64,000 nucleotides of DNA from Octopus vulgaris (lineage: Eukaryota): contig OX597829.1 in the NCBI GenBank assembly GCA_951406725.2, positions 8,060,001 through 8,124,000 on the forward strand. The letters run 5' to 3'. Below, one piece after another: positions 50,753 to 62,650 of this stretch. The notes beneath the pieces were generated by a model that was given only the letters and a program-made list of their open reading frames with translations, searched no databases and was not told where the DNA came from. Within the stretch, counting starts at the first letter, position 1. Every line of letters begins with the position of its first letter. Made by a program: the position numbers and the translations under genes.

Positions 50753-52700
50753 GTAATAAATGATGGAAGCGATGTACGCATTTGCTATCTTCGGCTGACC
50801 TTTCAGTGACAACTTCTTTTCTGCTCATTTCCGGATGGGTCTGGCCGCCCTGTTTGTCACTTCCCACTAGCCCCTGTCTACTTGGAGGTCCGGACCAAGT
50901 CAGACCCTATGCAATGTAACCAGTTTTTCCGCCCTGCACCATACGACGTAGTTTGTTGGCATGGGCCTGCCTCTCCAGGTGCCGAGCTGCAGGTCCACCA
51001 ACTTCTCTCGATTAATCTTTACTCCTGTCACCACTTCGAACTCCTTTAAGATAGTGATGACCACCTCAATTTCCGAGCTGTCCGATACTATTATAGTGAC
51101 GTCGTCGGCATAAGCCGACACAAACCTTCCGCATCCTAGTTCACTTGGGATGCTTCTCGAAACATTCAACTTCTTTAGTAATGGCTCGAGAGCCAGCTCA
51201 TACACTAAAGGCGAGAGTAGGGATCCTTGACAGACCGAACGTGTGATGATAAACGATTCCGATTAATGGCCATTTACTTTAACCATCCTAAAGATGTTGC
51301 TGAACACCACAACAATCCAGCCTCTGAAAACGGGACCGAAACCAGCCACCTCGAGTACAGCCTCCAAGTATTAATGGTCAACTCTATCAAAAGGTTTTGA
51401 TTGATCCAAATTGATCTATACTAGGTTCCTTGCTCATCCTTCCTATAATGCAACGCGTGAGGTGGAGGTTGTCGTGAATAGATCTATTCGGGATAGTGCA
51501 TGTTTGTGCGTCACTGACCAACTTATCAACTACAAGCACTAACCTCTTGGTTAACACTTTGGTCAAAATGTTATAGTCTGCGTTCAGTAGAGTTATGGGG
51601 CTAAAATTGTCTATTTGGTCTCCATAGTTCGGGTCCTTGTTCCTTTGTTCGCCAAGAGATCACTAGACTATTCTGCATATGGAGAAAAAGCTCGAAGGGC
51701 AGGCAATCCAACCCCCAGAGACTTCTCTGCGTCATCAAAACCCGTGTGTCTTCGGTTGTTATCATCATTTCGCAGAACTCCGCATCCATGGCCGAAAGGC
51801 GCAGCATACTGCCAAGGTAGGAGGTGAAATCCTTCCCGTCTCCGATTCATCGCATGTTTCATATAGTTCGGCAAAGTGCCACTGGAATTCCGCACACATC
51901 ACATTAGATTCGAATAGCATGAGCCCGTACCGTCCCGTCAAAGACCGACTTGTGGATTTGTTTCCACGTTGTACCTCTTCCACCCGGGCTCATCGAACGG
52001 CTTTTAACCCCTCGTGTCTTAGCGCATGCGGAATGTAACCTTCGTGCTTAACGTTGAAGAATTGATCAAGAGCCAATATTGAAAACAGCACGTCGGTCGC
52101 TATGTCACTTGTGGCTTCTAAGCTGTGTGTCCCTTTATCTTTGATTCCTCTAACCCCATTTCCTTACTAAACCCTACCGCCGTTACTCTAATATTTCTTT
52201 TCAGGGCTATCCACCATCGGTTGCTGACGATTGCACCCGATAGCGCCTCATGTATTAACTTGCTAACGTGGTCTCTGATTATTTGACACGCTGGAAAAAA
52301 AGGCATACAGTTTCCAGTATTCGGGCCCTTGCCTATGGATTCTATTTATGGCTATCATACAAGTCATAAATTCGTGGTCTGTTTAACCAACAACTTTGAA
52401 TTGTAGACAGCTTATGCTACTTTTATCTTCAGGCCTACACAATACTCTATATAAATACAATCTGGAAGACTCGATGCTGTTTGATCATGTCCACATTGAC
52501 GCATTCGCGAAATCCAGTTGCTATCTGTCAGCCAACTGGAAACGACTAAACAAGTTTATGAGACTTCTACAGCCCACTCTCTTATCGACTAGCTTTACCG
52601 TATCAAGGCGTGCGTCCAAGATGGCATTCCAGTTATCCACCAGCACTAAAGAGTGAGATGTCTTAACGAAAACTTCCAAAAGTCTGAAGAAATCTGGCGG
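50753..52700 (-). pseudogene. Second Tx1/L1-clade ORF2 fragment (endonuclease end plus RT)
   Basis: PITLLNADY, DQSK.FDRVDH, VCQGSLLSPL, SAYADDVTII, GVKINREK. Confidence 0.8.
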
Positions 52701-52759
52701 CTCCAGATATCAAAATAAGCTGAGAGTTTTCATCAAATAATATTAACAATAAAAAATGA

Positions 52760-53950
52760 CTAGCTGGACCCGAGAAAAAGTCACGGAAAACATAAAAAAT
52801 GTAAGCCTCTGCAAACAGTGTACTGTAGCCATGCTTGTATATTATGACTGTCTGTCTTTGTGTTCTGAGTTCAAATTCTGCCGAGATCGACTTTGCCTTT
52901 CGACCTTTCGGCGTCGATAACTTAAGTATCAGTTGTGTATTGGGGTCAATCTAATCAACTGGCCTCCTCCCACAAAAAATTCAGGCCTAGAAAAGTATAT
53001 TGTGACAGTTACAGAATATAGAAAGTAATGAAACACCAATGATTATATAATCCAACCAAAATATCTCAGTTACACAAACGTAAACGGAATTACTATTTAA
53101 CCTTAAAATACAAAGTACATATTCAAGGAACCTTAATGTACAAATTGAAATGCAAAAGGACGAAATAATAAATGAGCTGTAATTCAAAGGGGCCAGTCTT
53201 GTCTTATTTTGTTTGAAGCTGAATCTCCTTGAGAACTACGTTAATGTTATGCGTATCTGTGGAGTACTCAGCCATTTGTGAGTTAATTTTATCCTTGTGT
53301 AGTAATGAAAAGTGAAATTGACAGCCAATATTTGCTGTGTGTATTTTTCTATGAATGAACTTTTCTTGGGATTTATGTATCTACTGTCTCACTCAGTTTC
53401 TTCCTCTTTCACTTCCTTTCTGTCCCTCTCCTCTCTCCCGCTTTTGACTTAACAATTTGTGTATGTATCTATGTATCTACTTCTCTTGCGATGTGATAAA
53501 AATCTAAAAACACAAAACGAACAACGTCACAGCTCACTCTTTCACTCTCTCTTTCTCTCTCACTATCTCCCTTTCTTTCTCATTCTTTCCCTTTCTCAAT
53601 CTCTCTCTTACTTCCTCTCTGTCCTCCTCTCTCTCACTTTTCCACTCCTTTGAAGTAAGTGTGACGCACACATCAGGTACGTGCAAAAACAAAATGTTAG
53701 CGTATTAATCTTATTGATGGTGATAATGTAATTTTCCTGCCTATAGACGCATGCTCAGAGCAAACATATTCATTCAGTCCATGTTCGTCACTCTCTCTCA
53801 CCTTTCAACAATTCACTCTCTATTCTCATCTTCCTTTCTATGTGAAACTTTAAAATTTGTATAAGTTGATGAGGGATTGGCCCAAGAGGAATGTATCTGT
53901 CTTCAGGCCTTTCAAACTTTCCACTTCTGAGCAGCAACTAGACAAATTAA
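52760..53950 (-). mobile_element. Possible Helitron-like non-autonomous element
   Basis: CTAG with adjacent imperfect hairpin CCGAGA..TCACGG and CT-rich interior; other end uncertain (may be TATATAGGAT near 55365). Confidence 0.35.
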
Positions 53951-55479
53951 AACTATTTGTCATTCCCGGTTGAAAATGTCGACTAGATAACCTTCACGAT
54001 GGACTCAACCGATTGCCGGCTCCATTCTGCATGCAAACAACTGTTAGACAAAACTCTATTTGTCACAGCAACGTTCGGACGTATCGTATGAAGTGAAGAA
54101 TGACTTAAGCTGTACCGGGGATGACACAAGTTTGTACTTCCTCAACTACACTACCAGCGACCAGCCCCAAGTTTTTGGTAAGTAGCTTTACCAAAATTTT
54201 AACCCTATATTGAACAGAGTTATTTTCAGTTATGTCACCTTTACTTGCGTCTTTCTTCATCAGCGACATCATTCCATTACTAACTCGATTGTGAATACAC
54301 CTAGTCTGTTGTCAGCTGCAGTAAACTGTTGCCAAGATAGGAGTAAACAAGTTTGATGTATCGACATAGAGCTCGAAGAATGGACTATCCAATCATGGCG
54401 ACCTGCGCCTCGCAGAAAGGCTCAACATATCCGGCACCTAGTTTGCTGAAATTGCTTTTCCGAAGCACTCTCCCTGCTCCACAATTGCAGCAAACTATAG
54501 AAATAGACATCAAAGCCCTCTGTTTTCAGTCTGCCGCTTAACGGAAGCAATTTGGCCAAACACTGCCAAATACTGCAGTCATTCGTTTGGAATCGGAGAG
54601 CATGCGTCTGTCGTAACCACAAACTGAATTCTAGCTTTGTCACTACGTTTCCACCAGCCAGACCCACCGAACAGCTTTCATACCCTCCTGTCTCAGCGCA
54701 CGCACCTTAACATAGACAATGCATGCTTAATGTTTCAGGTCGTAGAAATAATCAAAAGCCATTCTTACCGTTAGCAATGCCGTTTGCGATGCTCCTTCTG
54801 TGGACCTCTCCTTAACGATTAAATAAATTTTCTATACTCTGTTATTCTATTCAGTTATTCTTTTGCTAAATCTAACAGATGCTATTCTAATTTTTCTCTT
54901 AAACTTGACGCATGTTGTTGAAGATGGTGTTCGTCAACTTTCTACTTAATTAGTTCGATAATCCAGTCTCTGTCAAATTCAAAAAAAGTTATTTCTGATT
55001 TTGTTGCACTTCTTGCTGTTTCTTTCACTGTTGCTTGTAATTGATGTCATAGATCCCGTTCTTGGTATTTACGTCCCTTTTCTTGCTGTTTCTCTTGCTG
55101 GCTTGTCTCTTATTGTCGATGCTCTTGGTGTGGTTTCCTTTTCTGAAGCTGTTATTGTTGTTGTTGTTGAAGTGGCATTTATAGTGGTGGAGACGGTGAT
55201 GTTTATTGATTTGACTTTTCGGCTGCATTTTTAGAAGCGTTGTTTGACTTAGAATCACAGACATTTCTGAATATTTTCTTTTGGTTGAGTGGAGTGTTTC
55301 AACGAGCATGAGAAATTTTGGTATACTAACATATGGCATTTCATTCCTAATACTAAGTTCTATATAGGATAATATTTGCATTTATCTATCTATCTAACTA
55401 TCTGATTGTCTGTCGGTCTATGAGTCTGTCTGTCTATTTAGCTTTCTGTCCGTCTATCAGTCTGTCTACATGTGTGTTT

Positions 55480-56960
55480 TTGATCATAGTTTTTCATAAG
55501 TGAAGGCCTGGAGGTAAACAACAACATACTCAGTCATTTTGGACTCACATGGTTATCGGCTTTGACACTGTTCCTTCCACTACTCTCAAATATTATTCTC
55601 TAAAGTGAGCTTCTATCGTTGCCTTACTCTTCAATTTTCAATCTGTAGAAACATATCAAAGTTTTTAAAAACATGCGACAGCCTATTCCTTGCTCACAAA
55701 GAGCGATTTCTTTAAACCGGGTAGCTTTCATCACACTAGCTCAACCAGCTCTTCTCTCCCGTTCTAATCCTCATTAACTCATATTTGAGAAATTCAGCCG
55801 AAGTAAAACTGGTGCACAAAACAATATTTGGAATAGGATTCTTCTAGCTCAGGGTTTCTCAACCATTTTTATTTATAGACCCCCTTTGATTACTATTATT
55901 CTGGTGAACCTCCGTAACAATTTGATGCTTAAAAACTAGTTCCGTAGAATGTTATTATGGTTTCATACATTAACTTGTTTAGGTTGAACTATGTAAAATG
56001 TTAGAGAAAGGAACCTAGCTGTTTTTTGCAAAACATAACAATACATTCAACTAAAGCAAATTATTTTCAGGGACCTTTAAAATGGTATTGTTGATCCCAA
56101 ATTTAGTATTTTGTTGTGTGAACCCTCAAAAATCTAATGTGGACCTTTAGGGGCCATATGGATCCCTGATGAGAACCATTGTTCTAGCTGAACTGATCGC
56201 CGTTGAAATACATCCATCCTTCATCTCTTGGGTTAGAAAATTTTTGCAACGCAATAGAAGCCGACGCACTGTTTCTGATCTGCAGAACTTTTGTGTTCCC
56301 TAAGTGATATATGTCCTCGCTTTCCCCTTTGTAATAACTCTGAAGTGATGGTATCCCTGTTTAGTCCTACCCAAGGTTCCGCAGTAAGACGTCATCATCT
56401 TCATGTGAACTCGACATCTCACGTGAAATTTGCACTTACTGTATGTAGAGGCACATCGAAAACATTCTCCAAAGGCAACACGATAACCTCTCTCAACAGC
56501 TGAAAGACATAATCACTGCTTATGAAAAAAAAAAAATTGAAAATATAAAAAGTAAAAAATGTATTCTACCGTTTCTTGTTTTGGATTATGTACACAAACT
56601 ACTCATAGTCTCTCCTGATCAAAAGCATCAAAATATCTACCGGCCGTTCCTTGCACGTTCATATTATCAACACAGCAAACTTGTTTCTTCCAAACTACTG
56701 CAGCTCTTCAGACCCAGGAAATACTTCAACTTTGATTATTTTTTGTTAAGTTTGAGTAAAGGCAGTAGTAGAATATGGCATCCATATCAGTTACTGGTGT
56801 TGCTGATACTCATGTAAACACCCTGGATATTGTTAAAACATTACAACAGATCTGATATGAAAAAAAATGTTCACTTGCCTACTCTAGCCCGCAGATGTTC
56901 TATCTTTTCTCTACGAGAAAAGAACCACTATCTGGGAACACAGGACGGTTGTTCCTTTAC
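55480..56960 (+). pseudogene. Highly decayed CR1/Jockey-type RT
   Basis: WNRILLA|ELIAVEIHPSFISWVRKFL, SSKLLQLFRPRKYF, VEYGIHI resemble LINE RT consensus segments. Confidence 0.5.
55850..56181. mobile_element. hAT-type MITE
   Basis: 8-bp TSD TTCTAGCT (55842-55849, 56182-56189); imperfect TIRs CAGGGTTTCTCA / TGAGAACCATTG. Confidence 0.8.
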
Positions 56961-57014
56961 CTATCTTTCAGGTTATATTGTTATTTGGTAGACGAAAACC
57001 GAACGAAGCCCGTC

Positions 57015-57080
<66 letters not shown>

Positions 57081-57161
57081 ATATGTATATATGTATGTAT
57101 GTATATATGTATGTATGTATGTATATATATGTATGTATGTATGTATATATATGTATGTATG

Positions 57162-57197
<36 letters not shown>

Positions 57198-57202
<5 letters not shown>

Positions 57203-57465
57203 AACATTTTTTTCCTTGTTTTTACTCCTCTGCAAAGGAATTTTATTTAATTCTTTCGCAGGAAGGATTAGTTCGACGAGACATGTTCTGTCCTCACCTT
57301 CGAAACACGCTGGAGTTGAACTAGGGACAGCTGATGAAGGGGATATTCCTTGTGTAGTTGTCTTGTACTCTGTTTTTTCGTTGTTAAAAAAATGGTCCGT
57401 TCCATGCTGTTTTTACTTTTTCGTTTCTCGTTGAGTTCTACGTCTATTTGTGGTGTCCTGTACAC
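57198..57465 (+). mobile_element. Short element in TA repeats carrying a rearranged hammerhead-like motif
   Basis: CTGATGA and GAAA cores with complementary stems at 57269-57342. Confidence 0.55.
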
Positions 57466-57643
57466 ACGTATATATATATTTATATATGCATGTATATATA
57501 CATGTAGATGTAGGTACGTACATATATGTTTGTATGTGTGCATATATTTTATTTATTACACTATTGTATGACTGAGCTACCCTCGCGTCGATTCGATTCG
57601 TTTCGTTTCGTTTCTTCTTCTTCTCTAAGCTGGTTTATATATA

Positions 57644-57727
<84 letters not shown>

Positions 57728-57733
<6 letters not shown>

Positions 57734-57820
57734 GACGGGCTTCGTTCAGTTTTCGTCTACCAAATCCATTCACAAGGCTTTGGTCGATCCGAGGCTATAG
57801 TAGAAAACTCTTTCCCAAGG
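57728..57820 (-). mobile_element. SINE family A fragment (opposite-strand fragment at 56983-57020)
   Basis: ACGACGGGCTTCGTTCAGTTTTCGTCTACCAAATCC. Confidence 0.65.
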
Positions 57821-58129
57821 TATATATATATATATATATGTGTGAGTATATATGCATATATGTATGTATGTACGTACGTATGTATGTATGTATGTATGTA
57901 TGTATGTATGTATGTATGTATGTATGTATGTATGTATGTATATGATATATATAAAGAATCATTAGCACCAAGTAGTGTTTAGGCATAAGCAAAGTTTAGG
58001 TTAGTTAAAATATGTTCGTGACATATTTCAAATACTAAAAAGCAAATCCACTGCAGTTACCGTCGAAATCTGTTCAGTGTCACCCTGTGGTAGTCGTGGT
58101 ACATGATATATATGTACATATCATGTGAG

Positions 58130-58390
58130 TACGTGACCGACCAGATTACCCGATGTTGTTATACATCGCTGGTCACAATGCGCTTTTGCATTATTTTAGC
58201 CTTCAAATGACGCCACTCTGCTGGCTAGGCGTGTAGCCCAACAGTTCCCGCTTGATCGGAGGTGAACGGGAGCAATACGAAATGAAGTGTTTTGCTCAAG
58301 AATACAACGCGCCGCCCAGTCAGGGAATCGAACCCATGATCAAACGATTACGAGTGCAACAGCCAAACCACTAGACCACGCGATTTCACG
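58130..58390 (-). mobile_element. tRNA-derived SINE related to family B
   Basis: Minus strand TGGTCTAGTGGTT...GGTTCGATTCCC...TTGAGCAAAACACTTCATTTC. Confidence 0.75.
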
Positions 58391-58440
58391 CGCGCGTACG
58401 CACACACACACACACACACACACACACGCATGTATATATA

Positions 58441-58640
58441 TACCGGAGTAAACACATAAATGTGAAACAAGATGGAAAAAAGAGTACTCAAATATCAGTG
58501 GTAGAGTAATATGCTTTATTTAAAGCAGCAGAAAATTCAACAAAACCTGTTACTCTGAGTAGCAAAAACTGTCCGATGAACGGCAACGGGAAACTCAGAG
58601 TAACAGGTTTTGTTGAATTTTCTGCTGCTTTAAATAAAGT
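58441..58640. mobile_element. Palindromic Penelope-type mini-element with minimal hammerhead (58569-58606, +)
   Basis: Inverted arms 58514-58560 and 58593-58639; ctgt-CCGATGA-acggcaacgg-GAAA-ctcagag-TA-acag. Confidence 0.65.
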
Positions 58641-58715
58641 ATATATATATATATATATATATGAAAAAACAAGTAAAAAATAGAAAATGCTAAAATAATT
58701 TTATAGTGAACATTT

Positions 58716-58753
58716 CAGTACCGGTTTCGGTCATTTTGAGACCTTTTCAACTG
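58716..58753 (-). ncRNA. Minimal type I hammerhead with U3-A8 core variant
   Basis: cag-TTGAAAA-ggtc-tcaaaat-gacc-GAAA-ccgg-TA-ctg. Confidence 0.7.
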
Positions 58754-59465
58754 TAACGATTAAATAATTAAATTTAGAAAAATTAGAAGAAAAGTTTTTT
58801 TAAAACAATATTTCTATAGTAGTGTTCAGATTTAAGTGGCATTCTGCCTTTCTCTGACTCCCTTGTTTGCACTTGTGTGTTCGAGGTAGTTGTGAGTTCT
58901 TGGTAGGGTAGTAGAGGGAAGGCTGGTGAGGAAAGGGGGGTGGGAGAATCTGGGAGTGCCCTGATGGTCGTATTTTGAATGGTCAGTGGCGGCTGGCAGT
59001 CTCAGTTCAATTCAGGAGAATATTTATATCGACAGGCTTGTTTATAGAATTAGCGTAGGTGTTATACTAAAAAACATTAGTGACAAACTTAAGGGGTAGG
59101 GGGTGGAGAAGAAGAAGAAGAAGAAGGAGAAGGAGAAGGAGAAGATGATGGTGATGGTGGTGATGATTATGACGACGATGATGATGATAACGATGATGAT
59201 GATGAAGAAGAAGAAGAAGAAGAAGAAGAAGAAGAAGAAGGAGGAGAAGGAGAAGATGGTGGTGATGATGGTGGCGATGATGATGACGCCGATGATGATG
59301 ATAACGATGATGATGAAGAAGAAGAAGAAGAAAAAAACAGAGAAGGGAGAATATGAATGGGTGTAAATATAGCTATGAAGGGGCTGATTAGTAATGGATT
59401 CTATGGAGTGTAGTATTTGTGTGTGTATATATATATTTTTCCTTTTATTCTAAAGTTGAGGTATA

Positions 59466-60215
59466 TTAATTGTTTGTCGTAGACCCGTTAAGAAGTGGCT
59501 TGTATTTTGTAATAAAGAGATTTTCTTTACTTATTCTTTGTCTCGAGGTTGTATCGTCCCTAAATTGGTAGAGGGGGAAAATTCTGAAGTTTGGTGTTTT
59601 TTTGTTGGCGCAAGTATCTATGTGTTGGCTAAAAGCTATTTTTCTGTTTTGGGGAATTTTTATCTGGGATCTGTGCAGGGCCATTCGTTTACGCAAACCA
59701 TTTTTTGTTTGGCCTATGTACTGCTCTTGACACCCGGAGCAGGTTAGTGAGTATATTAGGTTCTCCGAAGCACATGTGAAGTTGCTTTTCACTGTAAACC
59801 GTTGTCCCTGTTTGAAGGAGAACTCAGAACCCTCGATTAGATAGTCGCATATCCCGCAATTGGGTCTTCCACATTTTTTTACTGTCGGCTTCTGTGTTGA
59901 AGAGTGAATTCGGGCTTGTGTAAGGAGACTTTTCATGGATCTAGGCTGTCTTTTGCTTTTTATGATCGTGTGTGTTTGGAGGATTGTGTTCATTCTGTGG
60001 TCTTTTTTTAGGAGGGGTATGTTGTGGAGGATGGTGTCGAAGGCTTCGTTATTGAGAGGGTTGTGTGTGGAGATGTATGGTAAGGCTTTTGGTTGTAAGT
60101 TTTTCTTTGATTTGGGATGTCTCAGTTCCTTGATGTTAAGTTGAAGGGCACGTTGAATGCACTTGTCAATAAGTGAAGGTGGATAGTTCCTGGTGATTAG
60201 GGTATCTTTTAGTTC
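59466..60215 (-). CDS. Penelope ORF C-terminus (GIY-YIG endonuclease), partial
   Basis: Open frame includes 59466-59993 and appears to continue upstream to the TA-repeat truncation. Confidence 0.75.
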   Translation of the reverse strand, partial: ELKDTLITRNYPPSLIDKCIQRALQLNIKELRHPKSKKNLQPKALPYISTHNPLNNEAFDTILHNIPLLKKDHRMNTILQTHTIIKSKRQPRSMKSLLTQARIHSSTQKPTVKKCGRPNCGICDYLIEGSEFSFKQGQRFTVKSNFTCASENLIYSLTCSGCQEQYIGQTKNGLRKRMALHRSQIKIPQNRKIAFSQHIDTCANKKTPNFRIFPLYQFRDDTTSRQRISKENLFITKYKPLLNGSTTNN

Positions 60216-60223
60216 TTGTAGTC

Positions 60224-60273
<50 letters not shown>

Positions 60274-60959
60274 GTATAAATAATAACAATAATAATAATA
60301 ATGCCGATAATAATTATAGTAGTAGTAACATGTTATTAATAATAACAATGATAGAAATATCAATAATATTAATAGTAGTAATGCTCCGGTTGCAACGGAA
60401 GAATTAAATTCTATTGCCCGTTATTAGGTCGATGTTTAATCCAAAACGTATTTATAGGTGTACAACTGTGACTGAAGCTGGTAATTTTAGATATATTGGA
60501 TGTTCGATAAATATGAAAAAACCTTTTAATAACCACTTTTCATCGTTTATACTGAGACATAAATCTTACTTGAAAGAATATTTCTTGAAAGTTTCTAAAT
60601 TCTTATGACGTCAACAACAAACAATTTTTTCTGGTAAGAATAAAATGTCTAAAAAGGATAGAGAAATTTAAAAGATTGCTTTCGCACAATGGTAGAACGC
60701 CTGTCATGTCTACAGTAGATGTGGGTTCGGGTCTCATGGGCAGCCTTTGACTTTCTCAATCGAAAAAAGATTATTTTTCAACCCAATATTTACATGTTAG
60801 TAGCTTTATGTATTTCGAGATCCAGCACTCATATATATATATATTGTAATTGCGCCTTTTATATTGCATTAACTTCCTTATCTCCTTTCAACCTTTTTAT
60901 ATTTTATTGTTTTTATAATTTTTTGTTTTTTTATTGTTTATAATTTATTGTTTTTATTT

Positions 60960-62650
60960 CTATACACACGCACACTTACACACATACTTACGTATCCACG
61001 AACGCACATATACCTCCCAGACACCACACTCATAATACATGCACATAATACATGCACATATACACACACATACACACACACGCATACATACACATACACA
61101 CCCACCCACATACACCCACGCGCACACACACATATACACGTACATACACATATACACACGCACAGGAATGTACAGATACCTATCCCACACAACCCGACAC
61201 GCACACAGACACACATACCTTTAGATACACACACATATAAACGTACACACAGCCACATACACACACATACTCAAGAACACGTGCGTACACACAAAATGCA
61301 CACATAACCCAACTCACATTTCCACGTTCACACACACATATAAAAGACGCACGCACATACACACATGCATACACGCACATATTCACACGCACATAATACA
61401 CGCACACACACATATATACACGTATATACACACACACACTAGCACAGGTTCGTACATATACCTCCAACACACAATACACATACAGACACGCACACAATTA
61501 TACACACATGGGCACAAACACACACGTACATACACGCACACGCGCACGGAAACACACACGCACATACACACAGGTACGTACATTACTTCTACACAAACCC
61601 ACAAACCCCCACACACAACCTGCGCACACACGCATACAAAAATTCACATACACACCTATACATATACATACACACACAATATATGCATACACGCATACAC
61701 ACATATACATACGCATACACATAGACACACACACAAACATGCACACACATACGCACGCGAATGATCACATACCTAACATTCACAACACCATGCATACACG
61801 TATATACACCCACATACGCACACACATACACACACGCACACACAACTACAGGCACATATGACACGCACATACACACACGCACACCCAAATGAACCCACAC
61901 ATGCCTCCCATACACACAGCACACACTCATACATACACGCACACAATTATACAAGTATGTATACACACATACGCACATACATGCACACACGCACACATAC
62001 ACAAAGTAAAGCACAGTTATTCTCCCCACACACAACCCCTACGCATACACACATACACACACGAACACACACATACATATACACACACACTGCAAACAAA
62101 ACACACACACATACTTCAAGCTACCAGTACCTTCCACTGACCATTCATCTACGCACATGGGTAGGTAGAGACACAACAAGCAGCCACTCCTACTATGCAT
62201 TCTTCCTATGACCTTAAGCGATACTAAACCCAACCACAACCACACACACACAGACACACGTGCTATTATTACACACACACACACAGACACGCGTGCTATC
62301 ATTACACACACACACACACACACATACACATACACATACACACATAGACTTGCGTGCACGCACATATACACACACATACCACCTTCTCTTGCACTCTCCT
62401 GTCTTTGAAAGAACTTTTTCTTCACCCATTCCCTTCCGGTCATTCAAAATGTGACCGCGTGTGTAACGTTAGCGATTTTTCCTTCCGTCTTCCTTTCCTT
62501 GGATCTTTCCTTTTCCTACGTTTCTGACGAAGAGCTCCGCTCGAAACGTTAAATCCTCCTTCTTTCTTTCCTGAGCGTCCAATAACGCTATACATGTTCC
62601 ACGTCCTCAATTTGTGTTTTCTTTTTGTGTTTTCATGTTTGAATTAACTA
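60960..62650 (+). mobile_element. CA-rich low-complexity tract followed by a Penelope-type pLTR
   Basis: Degenerate (CA/TA)n at 60960-62400; 62180-62650 matches 22240-22620. Confidence 0.6.
62521..62553 (+). ncRNA. Minimal hammerhead with intact core
   Basis: ttt-CTGACGA-a-gagc-tcc-gctc-GAAA-cg-TT-aaa. Confidence 0.65.

Larger units (their letters stand above)
58660..60215 (-). mobile_element. 5'-truncated Penelope-like element: GIY-YIG endonuclease, repeat-rich 3' UTR, pLTR with hammerhead
   Basis: RYP..linker, KCGRPNCGIC, NLIYSLTCSGCQEQYIGQT..LRKRMALHR..FSQH..KENLFI..PLLN. Confidence 0.9.

Noticed and set aside
56439-56500. Possible 60-nt minus-strand exon (tttcag...gtaagt)
   Set aside because: Lies within a decayed plus-strand LINE RT; no compatible neighbouring exons
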